64,000 bases of DNA from a virus. The DNA lies in the IMG/VR virus record IMGVR_UViG_3300032050_000037, positions 49,073 through 113,072 of that record, one strand, 5' to 3'. A program made the position numbers and the translations under genes. Positions within the stretch are counted from its first letter, which is position 1; every line of letters begins with the position of its first letter. The notes beneath the pieces were generated by a model. It was not told the DNA's origin, ran no database searches, and saw nothing but the letters and a program-made list of their open reading frames with translations. Positions 51,919 through 60,814 of the stretch are shown here, piece after piece.

Positions 51919-52062
51919 TTACTTAGTCAGCTTAGCTTCTGCAGTAAACTTGATACCGTTCTTCTCTGCTTCAGAGAGAGCCTGCTTAGCAGCACCTGAG
52001 AAGCGACCACGCTTGCCCACTGTAATGCCCTTTGAGGCTAGATATTCACGCTTTGTTGTCAT
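51919..52062 (-). CDS. stand-alone Lsr2-type DNA-binding domain (47 aa, not in ORF track)
   Basis: MTTKREYLASKGITVGKRGRFS...; RGR AT-hook-like core; GAAAGG RBS. Confidence 0.7.
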   Translation of the reverse strand: MTTKREYLASKGITVGKRGRFSGAAKQALSEAEKNGIKFTAEAKLTK

Positions 52063-52074
52063 TGTGTTACCTTT

Positions 52075-52494
52075 CTAAATACCCTGTGCTCCGCCTTGAA
52101 GCGCCAGGTCCTGCCCATATTCAGTTGTATTATCTGACTCTTCGTCAGAATCCTCGTCCAGCCATCCGTCGTCATCTAGAGAAGCAATGAATTCATTGTC
52201 GATCATCCAGTCCATGACAGCCTCATCCATTAATTCGGCCCCGTATTCAAGAGTAAAATCGGCAGGCGGGTTATCCCAGAGTTTCTCCCAGATAACATCT
52301 AATGTAGTTCCATCAGTAACAGTATAATCATTAGCAAAGTCATCTTGAGAATAATTATTAAATTTATCTCTGATTATGTCCCAGGCCCAAAGCCATACTA
52401 ATGAAGCACCAATTGGCAAATCATTTAAAACAGAAACCATTTTATCTAATTGAAGTCTTACTTTTGTTCCAAGTTCTTTATCTTTATTATCCAC
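52075..52494 (-). CDS. acidic hypothetical early protein
   Basis: AACGAAAGG upstream. Confidence 0.65.
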   Translation of the reverse strand: MDNKDKELGTKVRLQLDKMVSVLNDLPIGASLVWLWAWDIIRDKFNNYSQDDFANDYTVTDGTTLDVIWEKLWDNPPADFTLEYGAELMDEAVMDWMIDNEFIASLDDDGWLDEDSDEESDNTTEYGQDLALQGGAQGI

Positions 52495-52771
52495 GTTTTT
52501 GCGCCCTTTCGTTGATAGCGAATGATAAATTATACGTCAGAGTATAGATTCCTGTCAAGGCGTCTAATTGGCCCTCCCAATATTTACGCTCCATGGATTC
52601 CATTGCGTCATCATAGTCATTCTCTTCCTCTATACGCTTAGCTTCCAGGTATTCCTGTTCAGCTTTATACATAAGGTTCTTTAATTCCCCATGTAGGATG
52701 TCTGTGCCTGTTTCTCCCATATCTACTAATTTTTGTAGGCGGGGGTCAAGAGTATCAGTTTTATAACTCAT
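52487..52771 (-). CDS. hypothetical early protein
   Basis: GGAG RBS before MSYKTD. Confidence 0.6.
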   Translation of the reverse strand: MSYKTDTLDPRLQKLVDMGETGTDILHGELKNLMYKAEQEYLEAKRIEEENDYDDAMESMERKYWEGQLDALTGIYTLTYNLSFAINERAQKRG

Positions 52772-52916
52772 TATACATCTCCAATACATGTTCAATAGAA
52801 TCTATTTGTCCTTTTAAATAATGCCAATCAAATGTCTCAATATCTTGCATTTGATTCATGTCCTGGTACAGGCTAGTTAAATGTATTTTCATATATTCAA
52901 TTAAACTATTAGACAT
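52761..52916 (-). CDS. 51-aa hypothetical protein
   Basis: Overlapping chain of small ORFs. Confidence 0.5.
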   Translation of the reverse strand: MSNSLIEYMKIHLTSLYQDMNQMQDIETFDWHYLKGQIDSIEHVLEMYNEL

Positions 52917-53076
52917 CTTCTGATATATATCCTTCTGCTAATAGACCTTCAAAGAAGTCCCATACAATTAATAATTGTTTATACTGTTGTTCTTCACCCT
53001 GAGACTTGGCGGTATCAATAGCCCAAGTAAGACTATTACCAAATGCCTGTATATCTTTATATGTATAACCTAACAT
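52909..53076 (-). CDS. 55-aa hypothetical protein
   Basis: GAGG RBS, TAATG coupling. Confidence 0.5.
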   Translation of the reverse strand: MLGYTYKDIQAFGNSLTWAIDTAKSQGEEQQYKQLLIVWDFFEGLLAEGYISEDV

Positions 53077-53315
53077 TATTTTTCCTCATCCCATTCAATA
53101 TAATATTCATCATCTTTATTTAAATTATAATGTTTATTAAATCTACCTTTCAGATAATTTGAATCTGACATATCTGCAATACGCCAATCTGCATAGAATT
53201 GTCCTTCATTTAGATTTTCATACATCCAGTCATCTAATAATTGTTCAGCAATTGTTTGCAGTTCTGCGTCAATTACCATTTGATTTTCATTATCTAGAAA
53301 TGATGTTTCCGCCAT
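53076..53315 (-). CDS. acidic hypothetical early protein
   Basis: AACGAAAGGA RBS and TGTCAG-N10-TATAAT promoter. Confidence 0.7.
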   Translation of the reverse strand: MAETSFLDNENQMVIDAELQTIAEQLLDDWMYENLNEGQFYADWRIADMSDSNYLKGRFNKHYNLNKDDEYYIEWDEEK

Positions 53316-53467
53316 TTTATTCCTTTCGTTAGTATGACCTAATTATAATTCATACCACTGACATTTGTCTATATGGTGTGTATCACACAAAGCTTGATCA
53401 AATTTCCAGGAAATATACTTGACATCCGTAAAAGAGATATGCTACCCTCATGTCTTTTTGTGGGCAA

Positions 53468-53594
53468 ATCCCCCAGCTATAAAACTAGGGGATCAGGAAG
53501 AGTGGCTGCTAGGACCTCAACGAAAGGAAAAACCTGCTTTACTTAGCAACTCGATTAGTTGCACCACTCGTATAGATAGGCACCCAGGCCTACC
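53468..53594 (-). ncRNA. candidate trans-acting sRNA complementary to the shared early-gene RBS
   Basis: TGTTATAAT upstream, four stems plus a 3' hairpin, G-U pairs only on - strand, contains UUUUUCCUUUCGUU. Confidence 0.7.
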
Positions 53595-53608
53595 AATATT
53601 ATAACATA

Positions 53609-54013
53609 TTAGACGAGTAGTCTTTCCATTGCATACTTCTCACAGAATGCTTCTAGGTCCATGGTAAAGATTGCTTCATTCTTCATACCTAAAACTTTAT
53701 TCTCTAGGTTACGATGGTCGTCCTGTTCGTGCAATGAGAATGTTCGCTCTTGCCAATTAATCACGGCAATCTTGTGCTCATTGTCACCAATAGCATTTAC
53801 TTGCAGGCCCCATCCAGTCTCCATATTCCATTGGTCGCCGATTAGATGACTAATAGTAATACGTGTTGCATATGATTCATCATTCCAACGAGGACGGGCA
53901 GCAATAACAGCATCCGCTAATTTGCCTAGCATGTTATATCCAGCCCAGTGTCCATATAGACATATGGTGTCTCCTGCTCCATCTACGAATACAAAGTTTG
54001 CTCTGTCTCCCAT
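53609..54013 (-). CDS. hypothetical early protein
   Basis: MGDRANF...LYGHWAG; AAAGG RBS. Confidence 0.7.
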   Translation of the reverse strand: MGDRANFVFVDGAGDTICLYGHWAGYNMLGKLADAVIAARPRWNDESYATRITISHLIGDQWNMETGWGLQVNAIGDNEHKIAVINWQERTFSLHEQDDHRNLENKVLGMKNEAIFTMDLEAFCEKYAMERLLV

Positions 54014-54014
54014 T

Positions 54015-54203
54015 TTAAACCGCCTTTTCTAGTTGAGGTGTTTCTTCCGTTTTATTTAATTCTATCATTTCATAGGCCCACTTGTCTAGGCTTTCTGAAT
54101 TCTTATTTCGGTGATGCCCGCAAAATGCCAGCTCACCAGATGTGCTACGGGCTAACCATTTAGCCTGAGCTGAGCATGAATCACATTTAATCCATTCGCT
54201 CAT
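54015..54203 (-). CDS. Zn-finger protein
   Basis: CDSC...FCGHH. Confidence 0.65.
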   Translation of the reverse strand: MSEWIKCDSCSAQAKWLARSTSGELAFCGHHRNKNSESLDKWAYEMIELNKTEETPQLEKAV

Positions 54204-54346
54204 AGTTTATTGCTCTCTATCATGTCTGATAATCTATCTAGTAACCAGGAATCGATATCGTTAATATCAATCTCTCTTAGTTTCTCAATTAATTCCTCAC
54301 GAGCAAATTTATACCCGTCCTGGAATCCATCTTTATAATCAGACAT
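54200..54346 (-). CDS. 48-aa hypothetical protein
   Basis: GAGGA RBS, coupled on both sides. Confidence 0.55.
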   Translation of the reverse strand: MSDYKDGFQDGYKFAREELIEKLREIDINDIDSWLLDRLSDMIESNKL

Positions 54347-54567
54347 TACAATCCTCTCAAATATCCAGTAGGTTCATATTCAGCGACATAAGTTTCTTTT
54401 AAATTAAACTTATCTCTAATCCTACTTACCTTCTCAATATTACCAGTTCCGATATTGAAAGTCAATGATGTCATGGGCTGAGGATCCAGCCCAATCAAAT
54501 CTGCTTCCCAGTAAGCAGCCTTTAGTGCTTGCTGGGATGGAGCGGTTAGTTCGATATACATTACCAA
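54346..54567 (-). CDS. hypothetical protein
   Basis: Coupled ORF. Confidence 0.6.
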   Translation of the reverse strand: MVMYIELTAPSQQALKAAYWEADLIGLDPQPMTSLTFNIGTGNIEKVSRIRDKFNLKETYVAEYEPTGYLRGL

Positions 54568-55178
54568 TCCACATCCGCATCTTCAACATCAAATGTATCT
54601 ACAGTTAAATCACCATTGTATGAATCAATAGTTAGATTATCTTGTAGGAAGTATTTAGCATCAAAGTTTTCAACTTCCTCTAAAGGAATTTCATATTCAG
54701 CCTCAACACTAATTTGAGCGGTTATACGAATTGTTTGCTTTGGCTCGTGTCCAAGGATTTCACAAAGGTCACGAAGAATGTCTTCCTTATCTATATTTGG
54801 GTTGTACCAGCCATCTGCAGTTAAGTTAGATGTGATTTGATTAATTAAACTAACATTCTGCATAAGCGTCTTCTCAGTGTACTTAACTTGGTCTAATTGA
54901 TATTCCAGGCTAGTTACCTTGATTGTTGGGTAAGTTACCTCACCGTCGGTAATCGACTTGTATGTCACAAGTAGATTAGGGTTATAGGTCTCAGGGACCG
55001 TATTTGTTTCCATTTCTTTCCTTTCGTTGTTTGGGTGTATTGTAGCATCTTCCACTGACAATAGATTACATTCTATTCCACAGTGCCAAATGTTTCTGAA
55101 TTCATCTTTACGAGTTACCTCTATTAAAGCATCACATTCTGTGCAGAGATGTGAATCTTTAAACCAGCTTTCTGTCAT
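54561..55178 (-). CDS. hypothetical protein with nested in-frame start at 55013
   Basis: ATGA-coupled start at 55178; internal promoter and AACGAAAGG RBS before METN. Confidence 0.65.
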   Translation of the reverse strand: MTESWFKDSHLCTECDALIEVTRKDEFRNIWHCGIECNLLSVEDATIHPNNERKEMETNTVPETYNPNLLVTYKSITDGEVTYPTIKVTSLEYQLDQVKYTEKTLMQNVSLINQITSNLTADGWYNPNIDKEDILRDLCEILGHEPKQTIRITAQISVEAEYEIPLEEVENFDAKYFLQDNLTIDSYNGDLTVDTFDVEDADVDW

Positions 55179-55942
55179 GCTTCCACCTTTTCTAATAGAG
55201 AAACGTGTGTATCGCATTGTGCCATAGCCTCTTCATCTTGCCAAGAGCCTTGGTTACATTCTGAACAGAATTCACCACAGTCATTGTCACAATAACTTAA
55301 TGTGTCAAAAGATTGGCAGGCATAGCAACGATTCTCATATTCTAGAATCTCTGTGACATCACCACGGACAATCTCTAACTCTCCGCCCCAACCTTGCTCC
55401 TCTTCATATTCTAAAGTAAGCAAAGAGTTAGGAACCATATTAGATAGTTTAGTTAGAATTGTGACGGCAGGAGACCAAGCAGTATTATATTTATATATAA
55501 GCCAGTTATCATCACCGTCTGATTTATATTCAAGTAATTCTGTATCAGGATATTCCTCATCATCTGATACAGCAACATCCCATTTGGTACCCCAATTAGA
55601 GTTATTCCATGAATACCAATCTTTAGCGGTTTTAGCACGTTCAACAGATTTAGCAAACCAATCAGGGTCATTATTTATATCTATACCACTGCGGTCAGGT
55701 TGCTGTGCATATTCCTCATCTGTAATTCCATCATCCTTATATGAATGAATGTTGAAGAATGCAAATACAGGATTACTATATGTTACTTGTTTAATTTTAG
55801 TTGGGAATCCATGTGCACTAATGTCTCCCATTCCATGATTCTCTATTGCTAATGTAAATGGAGCATTTAGTTTATCCTTGATATAATCTATCTCAGACTT
55901 AGGTCCTTGGATTGTTAATGTGTTATATACCCAGTTTGGCAT
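55175..55942 (-). CDS. DUF1281/YubB ferredoxin-like domain protein
   Basis: MPNWVYN..WY.W...NWGTKWD...TAWSP; C-terminal Cys cluster. Confidence 0.75.
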   Translation of the reverse strand: MPNWVYNTLTIQGPKSEIDYIKDKLNAPFTLAIENHGMGDISAHGFPTKIKQVTYSNPVFAFFNIHSYKDDGITDEEYAQQPDRSGIDINNDPDWFAKSVERAKTAKDWYSWNNSNWGTKWDVAVSDDEEYPDTELLEYKSDGDDNWLIYKYNTAWSPAVTILTKLSNMVPNSLLTLEYEEEQGWGGELEIVRGDVTEILEYENRCYACQSFDTLSYCDNDCGEFCSECNQGSWQDEEAMAQCDTHVSLLEKVEA

Positions 55943-56062
55943 ATTATTCCTTTCGTTGTTGGCCCAATTATAGCGGATGAGACTGACAATTACAAGCATT
56001 TTCAGGAAAAAAATCCCCTTGCCGTAAGGAAGAAAATCGGCCTTCACCATCTGGGGGCTTTG

Positions 56063-56136
56063 CGATCCGTATGAGACTTGAACTCACGACCTCTACCGTG
56101 ACAGGGTAGCGCTCTAACCAACTGAGCTAACGGACC
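56063..56136 (-). tRNA. tRNA-Asp(GTC)
   Basis: GGTCCGTTAGCTCAGTTGGTTAGAGCGCTACCCTGTCACGGTAG...TTCAAGT...ACGGATCG. Confidence 0.92.
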
Positions 56137-56166
56137 TAAGAGGGGCCCCTTGCGGGGCCCATTTAT

Positions 56167-57183
56167 TTAGATGAGTTGCAAATTAGTTTGAACAACTTTA
56201 AGCAGACGATTTTTTTCTGCGTTAATAGTTGCATCAAATCCACTTGCAGAGGCTAACAGATTTTCATTGTTAGCACCACGAGCAGAACGGTGCCAATCTA
56301 AACGCTCAGTTAAAGCATTAAGAGCACCCCACGCATTACCAGCGATTGTATGATTAAATTCGCCAGTATAAATATCGTTGATTAAATCAACTTTATTTTG
56401 CCATTTTTTAACAGCACCCTTAGTATCCTTAGTAGGTTTAGGATATGCAGCCAAAATGATATCGTTAAATTGTTGAGCAGTAATTTCCTTCTCAATCATC
56501 AACTTAGCCATTTTATCGAATTCATCCATGTATGCATTAGCAAGACCTAAAGTCTCACGAGCAACTTGCACACGACCTTGTGCGGTTTGTGTGTGGCGAA
56601 TTTTGAATGATTGCTTTACGCCATCACGCTTTTTTGTACGACCTAACGCAAGGTTAAGAGTGTTAGCACATACAACACGAACAGGTGTAATGCTTGCTTG
56701 AATAGCAATAGTTCCGTCATGTGATGTGTTAATAAGCAAATAAGTTTTTACTTTATCTGCCACGCCATTAGGGTCTAATACAGTCTCACGCTCTAATGCA
56801 AGAGAGCCGAATACAACACGACCACCACGAATTGAGCCAGCAGTCTCCCAACGTCCACCGCCGTCAAGAATGTTATCTCCGAATGCAAATAATTCTTCAT
56901 TTTGCAATGGTACATAACGCTCACCAACAATTCCTAAAACGTCGGTTTGTGTTTTGTCCGTAGGATTAGTACGCACAACATATTGATAGTTTTTATCGCT
57001 TGTTAATGTAGATGGAATTTCTAATTCCTCTAAGCGAACATTCCAACCATTAAGGTTAGCAGCCTCTAGCATTTCGCTAGTTGTTTTTTCTTCTGTGAAC
57101 ACAGTACCTAAACCATGCCACGCAGGTTCACGGAATGATGCAAAACTTGCAACACCGTTTTGAGTTTCTAACTCATGAGCCAT
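56167..57183 (-). CDS. DUF932 / TIGR03299 phage-plasmid protein
   Basis: PAWHGLG, VGERY..LQN, ETAGS, NTSHDG, PVRVVCANT, IRHT. Confidence 0.85.
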   Translation of the reverse strand: MAHELETQNGVASFASFREPAWHGLGTVFTEEKTTSEMLEAANLNGWNVRLEELEIPSTLTSDKNYQYVVRTNPTDKTQTDVLGIVGERYVPLQNEELFAFGDNILDGGGRWETAGSIRGGRVVFGSLALERETVLDPNGVADKVKTYLLINTSHDGTIAIQASITPVRVVCANTLNLALGRTKKRDGVKQSFKIRHTQTAQGRVQVARETLGLANAYMDEFDKMAKLMIEKEITAQQFNDIILAAYPKPTKDTKGAVKKWQNKVDLINDIYTGEFNHTIAGNAWGALNALTERLDWHRSARGANNENLLASASGFDATINAEKNRLLKVVQTNLQLI

Positions 57184-57262
57184 TTTTTATCCTTTCGTTT
57201 TGAGTTGCCTAATTTTAACACACATGACTGACATTGACAAGACTAACACACATTTTCAGGAG

Positions 57263-57294
57263 TTATCCACAAGGGCCCGTAAACCTGTGGAAAA
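57263..57294. promoter_or_regulatory. pair of inverted DnaA boxes
   Basis: TTATCCACA 57263-57271; TGTGGAAAA 57286-57294. Confidence 0.65.
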
Positions 57295-57372
57295 CCCCGC
57301 AGCTACTTGCGGGCAGGGGAAGATGGGCCAGGGATCTAGATGATTACACGACACAAACCTGGCCCAAGATTA

Positions 57373-57585
57373 TTAGATTAGACTATGAATGTCCTCTGGA
57401 AAGAAAGCAGCAAATATTTTTTTATTTTGATTAGTATCAAAAACATATGCTTTGATATTGCCTTGAAATCTATTTAGATTATCTTTTACAAGACGGGTTA
57501 AAGAATTACGATTTAAGTTTTCTTCTGAGTAGATAGTTAAATCGTGAGCTTTATTAGCATCATATATTTCTACACGATAACGCAT
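57373..57585 (-). CDS. hypothetical protein
   Basis: AAAAGGA RBS, TAGACA-N17-TACAAT promoter. Confidence 0.6.
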   Translation of the reverse strand: MRYRVEIYDANKAHDLTIYSEENLNRNSLTRLVKDNLNRFQGNIKAYVFDTNQNKKIFAAFFPEDIHSLI

Positions 57586-57654
57586 TTTATTCCTTTTGTA
57601 GTAGGGACATGAATTGTAGCATGGGGGCTAGGTTTTGTCTAGCCCCCGCTAAGA

Positions 57655-58077
57655 TTACAAGTATCTTGCGATAGCGTTGTAAGTAGAAGTAGAAACTACC
57701 TCCTCATCGGTCATCTTGAGAATACGGATAGCATTTTCCATTTCCTCTTTCATTTCACGATAAGTATGAAGGTGAATAACCTCGTAGTCCTTTTCAGGCT
57801 CTTTTGGAAAATCCTTTTCATCGCATACAAGGTCAAAATCTACATTGAGAGTTTTGTTCCAAGAGCGATAGTTGGTGCGTAGGTTTTCTGCTTTTGCTAT
57901 TTGAGCAACGGCATACTTACCAAGTTCCTTTGACCACTTCTCACGGGCTTTATTATACTTTGCTTCGTTTTCATCTTGTTTCTTAAAGTCAGCCTCTACT
58001 TGTGCTAACTTTGCTTCTAAGGCTTTGATAACCTTAGCAGTAGGTATTTTTACCTGTATTGCTTTTCCTCTTGCCAT
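57655..58077 (-). CDS. hypothetical early protein
   Basis: AACGAAAGGA RBS + PafBC-type promoter. Confidence 0.7.
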   Translation of the reverse strand: MARGKAIQVKIPTAKVIKALEAKLAQVEADFKKQDENEAKYNKAREKWSKELGKYAVAQIAKAENLRTNYRSWNKTLNVDFDLVCDEKDFPKEPEKDYEVIHLHTYREMKEEMENAIRILKMTDEEVVSTSTYNAIARYL

Positions 58078-58146
58078 TTATTTTTCCTTTCGTTGGGTTT
58101 TGGTTTATTATAGCGGATACCACCGACAAGCAGTATCCGCTAACTA

Positions 58147-58290
58147 TTACTTAACTGATACTGAAGTCCAGCGTTCTTTGCCATTTACATCTAGCAAGAC
58201 ACGATTTACTCCGCTTGGGTGATTATCAATAGCCTTGATAATTCCAGTAATACCACTTTGAGTAGTTGTGTATAGTTGTCCGATTTCCAT
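58147..58290 (-). CDS. small SH3-like hypothetical protein
   Basis: AACGAAAGGA RBS before MEIGQLY. Confidence 0.6.
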   Translation of the reverse strand: MEIGQLYTTTQSGITGIIKAIDNHPSGVNRVLLDVNGKERWTSVSVK

Positions 58291-58338
58291 TTTGTTTCCT
58301 TTCGTTTGAAGTTGTATTATAGCACCCACCACCGACAA

Positions 58339-58617
58339 TTAGTAGTCGGTTTCAGGTAGCCAAGCCTCTAGGTGGTGAGCCTCTACAATAGCGCAGGCAG
58401 GTGCTTTAGTCATGCCCTTCCAAGATACGCCTTCAGGTAGAGTTATCTTTCTGTTATAGTCCTCATCGTAGTAAGCATCAATAGCATCTATACAAGGTTG
58501 GATCATAGATTTAGGAACGGGTGGGTAATGATTACCCTGTAAGTGCATTCCTATCTGAGTTTCCAAGTCTAAGTCTAATAAGCCATCGGCTAATTCTGTT
58601 GCTAGATTACTCCCCAT
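58339..58617 (-). CDS. hypothetical protein
   Basis: HLQGNHYPPVP...AHHL motif; GGAGG RBS. Confidence 0.65.
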   Translation of the reverse strand: MGSNLATELADGLLDLDLETQIGMHLQGNHYPPVPKSMIQPCIDAIDAYYDEDYNRKITLPEGVSWKGMTKAPACAIVEAHHLEAWLPETDY

Positions 58618-58891
58618 TATTATCCTCCTCCAAGATAGTTTCGGTTAAGTTGTCCATTTCGTTAATACTATCAACAAGGTCTGACATTTGTTGTTCAGTT
58701 AATAATACTTTAGTAGTAAGGTCTGCTACTTTGCTTGCTAACGCTACTGAATACATATAGATATATCTAGGGAATTGATTATCATTAAGTTCATTTCTGC
58801 GTGTGTGTAGTTCGCCAGCCAATGCCATAATTTCATCATCATATATGGCTTCTTTGGTTGCGCTTGCTATTGATATTGCTGTTGCTAACAT
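58607..58891 (-). CDS. hypothetical early protein
   Basis: AACGAAAGGA RBS + PafBC-type promoter. Confidence 0.65.
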   Translation of the reverse strand: MLATAISIASATKEAIYDDEIMALAGELHTRRNELNDNQFPRYIYMYSVALASKVADLTTKVLLTEQQMSDLVDSINEMDNLTETILEEDNNGE

Positions 58892-59155
58892 ATTTTCCTT
58901 TCGTTGTGTATGGAATTATATCAGTATTAACTGACATTTATTGCGACACGCCCATATTTTCCAGGGTGATTTACATCACACCCATAACGACACGCCCGAC
59001 CCCGCAGCTAGTGTGGGGGCTTTTATCCGCTAAGCCCGTCTCCATTTGAATCATATTTATTATAAGTAACTAAATAAATTATTATTGCGAATGGGGCCAC
59101 TAGTACCAACGATAACAGGGCCCCAATTATTTCTCCGATTAAAAAATCCATGGAC

Positions 59156-59875
59156 CTACTTTTTACTAGCAGAAAATCTAACATCTGCTTTTCCAAATAC
59201 ACACAAGCCACACGATACACAAGCGGAACCATTAGCAGAAATTAGCGGAATGCTTTTATTATTTTCAGGACATTTAGCGCCAGGCTTACCGATTAATTCT
59301 TTCATAGTATTTTCGGTGACAGCAAAAGTTTTTCCTAAATAAGCCAATCTAATTTTAGTACCAGTCTTACGCAGATCATGCGCTATATCTTTATTCTCAT
59401 CATCCGTAGAATAATAAAGAGACAAGTTATCAATACCGTCTAGGATAATGGCAGCAGACTTTACACGAGTGTACACCCAGAATTGCACGTCGACATTATT
59501 ATTAATAACAGTCTTCCATGCATATGCATAAGTATCATTAAAGAAATCGCCGTCCCAGTGGATACGGAATAACTTTTTAGCATTGCGCTTATCACAATCT
59601 TTTTTAAAGTCATCAATCATTGCAGATAGAAGAGAAACCATAGTTTCTTGATCAGCGTCTTTTAATAAATTCCAATTATGCATGAGCACGTCTTTAACGC
59701 CTTTATATACTTTTTCTAATTTGCCTGCATAGCATACGCTTTCGCACACGCTAGTGGCGCCAGGACATGAGAATGCTTTTCCTGCAGGCAGCCCGAATGT
59801 ATTTGCAATTGTAGGAGTTTTACCGTTAGGGGAAACGGCATTAGCTACTTTACGATCATTAGATCTTTTTAACAT
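59156..59875 (-). CDS. GP88-family (radical-SAM-like Fe-S) protein, leaderless
   Basis: FGLPAG..CPGAT.VC...CYA, FRIHWDGDF, YTR, C..CGLC; ATG 7 nt after TATAAT. Confidence 0.8.
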   Translation of the reverse strand: MLKRSNDRKVANAVSPNGKTPTIANTFGLPAGKAFSCPGATSVCESVCYAGKLEKVYKGVKDVLMHNWNLLKDADQETMVSLLSAMIDDFKKDCDKRNAKKLFRIHWDGDFFNDTYAYAWKTVINNNVDVQFWVYTRVKSAAIILDGIDNLSLYYSTDDENKDIAHDLRKTGTKIRLAYLGKTFAVTENTMKELIGKPGAKCPENNKSIPLISANGSACVSCGLCVFGKADVRFSASKK

Positions 59876-59904
59876 GGGAGGAATTATAGCAGCTTGAGCT
59901 GACA

Positions 59905-60060
59905 TTATAGGTCCCCCATTTCTGCATCAGCCATGCGTGTCATAGCCCAATCTTGCGCTAGATCACGATCATACACGGCCATGCCTTCGCTAGTATAACC
60001 ACGGGCACAAATTGTGCAAATAGAATAGTTTGTGCAATAGCAGGAATTGATATCGTTCAT
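59905..60060 (-). CDS. 51-aa Cys-rich protein
   Basis: AACGAAAGG RBS; CYC...CTIC. Confidence 0.6.
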   Translation of the reverse strand: MNDINSCYCTNYSICTICARGYTSEGMAVYDRDLAQDWAMTRMADAEMGDL

Positions 60061-60193
60061 TAGTTGACCTTTCGTTAAGTTGAGAGAATGCTATCAGGTC
60101 AGACTGACATTTACAAATCGACACGCCGAATTCCAGGAATTTTTAAATATGTGTCTTAAATCACAAAGCGCCCCCACAGCTTTTGTGGGCGCA

Positions 60194-60209
60194 TCGAACA
60201 TTTGTTCTA
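60194..60209. promoter_or_regulatory. actinobacterial SOS (LexA) box-like site
   Basis: TCGAAC-ATTT-GTTCTA vs consensus TCGAAC-N4-GTTCGA (1 mismatch). Confidence 0.6.
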
Positions 60210-60315
60210 ATATTATCTAGAAGCTTTTTTATGTTTTATTTTTCTAGTATATTTTTTTTTATTGCGAACAGGTTGCGCCGCATTACTACGGCGCAATTCC
60301 TGAATTCGTTTTACT

Positions 60316-60507
60316 TTATTTCGAAGAGTAGTTTGGAATATGATAACCACCAGCCTTATAAAAAATTTGTGCGTCAAACTTTGGATTATCTTTCGCAAAC
60401 ATTAAAGCAAAATCAACAACAACTTTAGAGAATAAAGCGGGGTGAACTTTATCGCTCATATATTTTAGAATTTCAGCGGTAGCAACATAGTCTTTACGGG
60501 TCATCAT
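60316..60507 (-). CDS. hypothetical protein
   Basis: MTRKDY..A...F..DNPKFD..IF motif; coupled. Confidence 0.65.
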   Translation of the reverse strand: MMTRKDYVATAEILKYMSDKVHPALFSKVVVDFALMFAKDNPKFDAQIFYKAGGYHIPNYSSK

Positions 60508-60704
60508 TTTGCCGACACCAATCCAATCGCATTAAAGTTTTTTGTATACATTTTGCCATTTGGCATTTCTAAATTATAGGTTGCGTATTCTTTAGCAAAT
60601 CCATAGTCTTTACATCTAGCAAAAGCCTCAAACGCTTCTAATGCGTCAGAGAATTGGTGTGTAAATTCTAGGTTGCCGTCATAGTAAGTAAATAGTTTAT
60701 ACAT
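60504..60704 (-). CDS. hypothetical early protein
   Basis: AACGAAAGGA RBS before MYKLFTYY. Confidence 0.65.
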   Translation of the reverse strand: MYKLFTYYDGNLEFTHQFSDALEAFEAFARCKDYGFAKEYATYNLEMPNGKMYTKNFNAIGLVSAK

Positions 60705-60814
60705 TAGTTTTCCTTTCGTTGGGTTGAACATAGGCATTTTGTTATTGTTATTGTATCGCTTACCACCGACAAAGTGGCAAGCGTTGAGCAATCATCACAG
60801 AGAAAAATTTCCAT

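Noticed and set aside
53419-53604. + strand 61-aa ORF and TTGACA promoter over the sRNA
   Set aside because: TTG start without an RBS, -35/-10 spacing only 13 nt, and the G-U pairs favour the - strand RNA.
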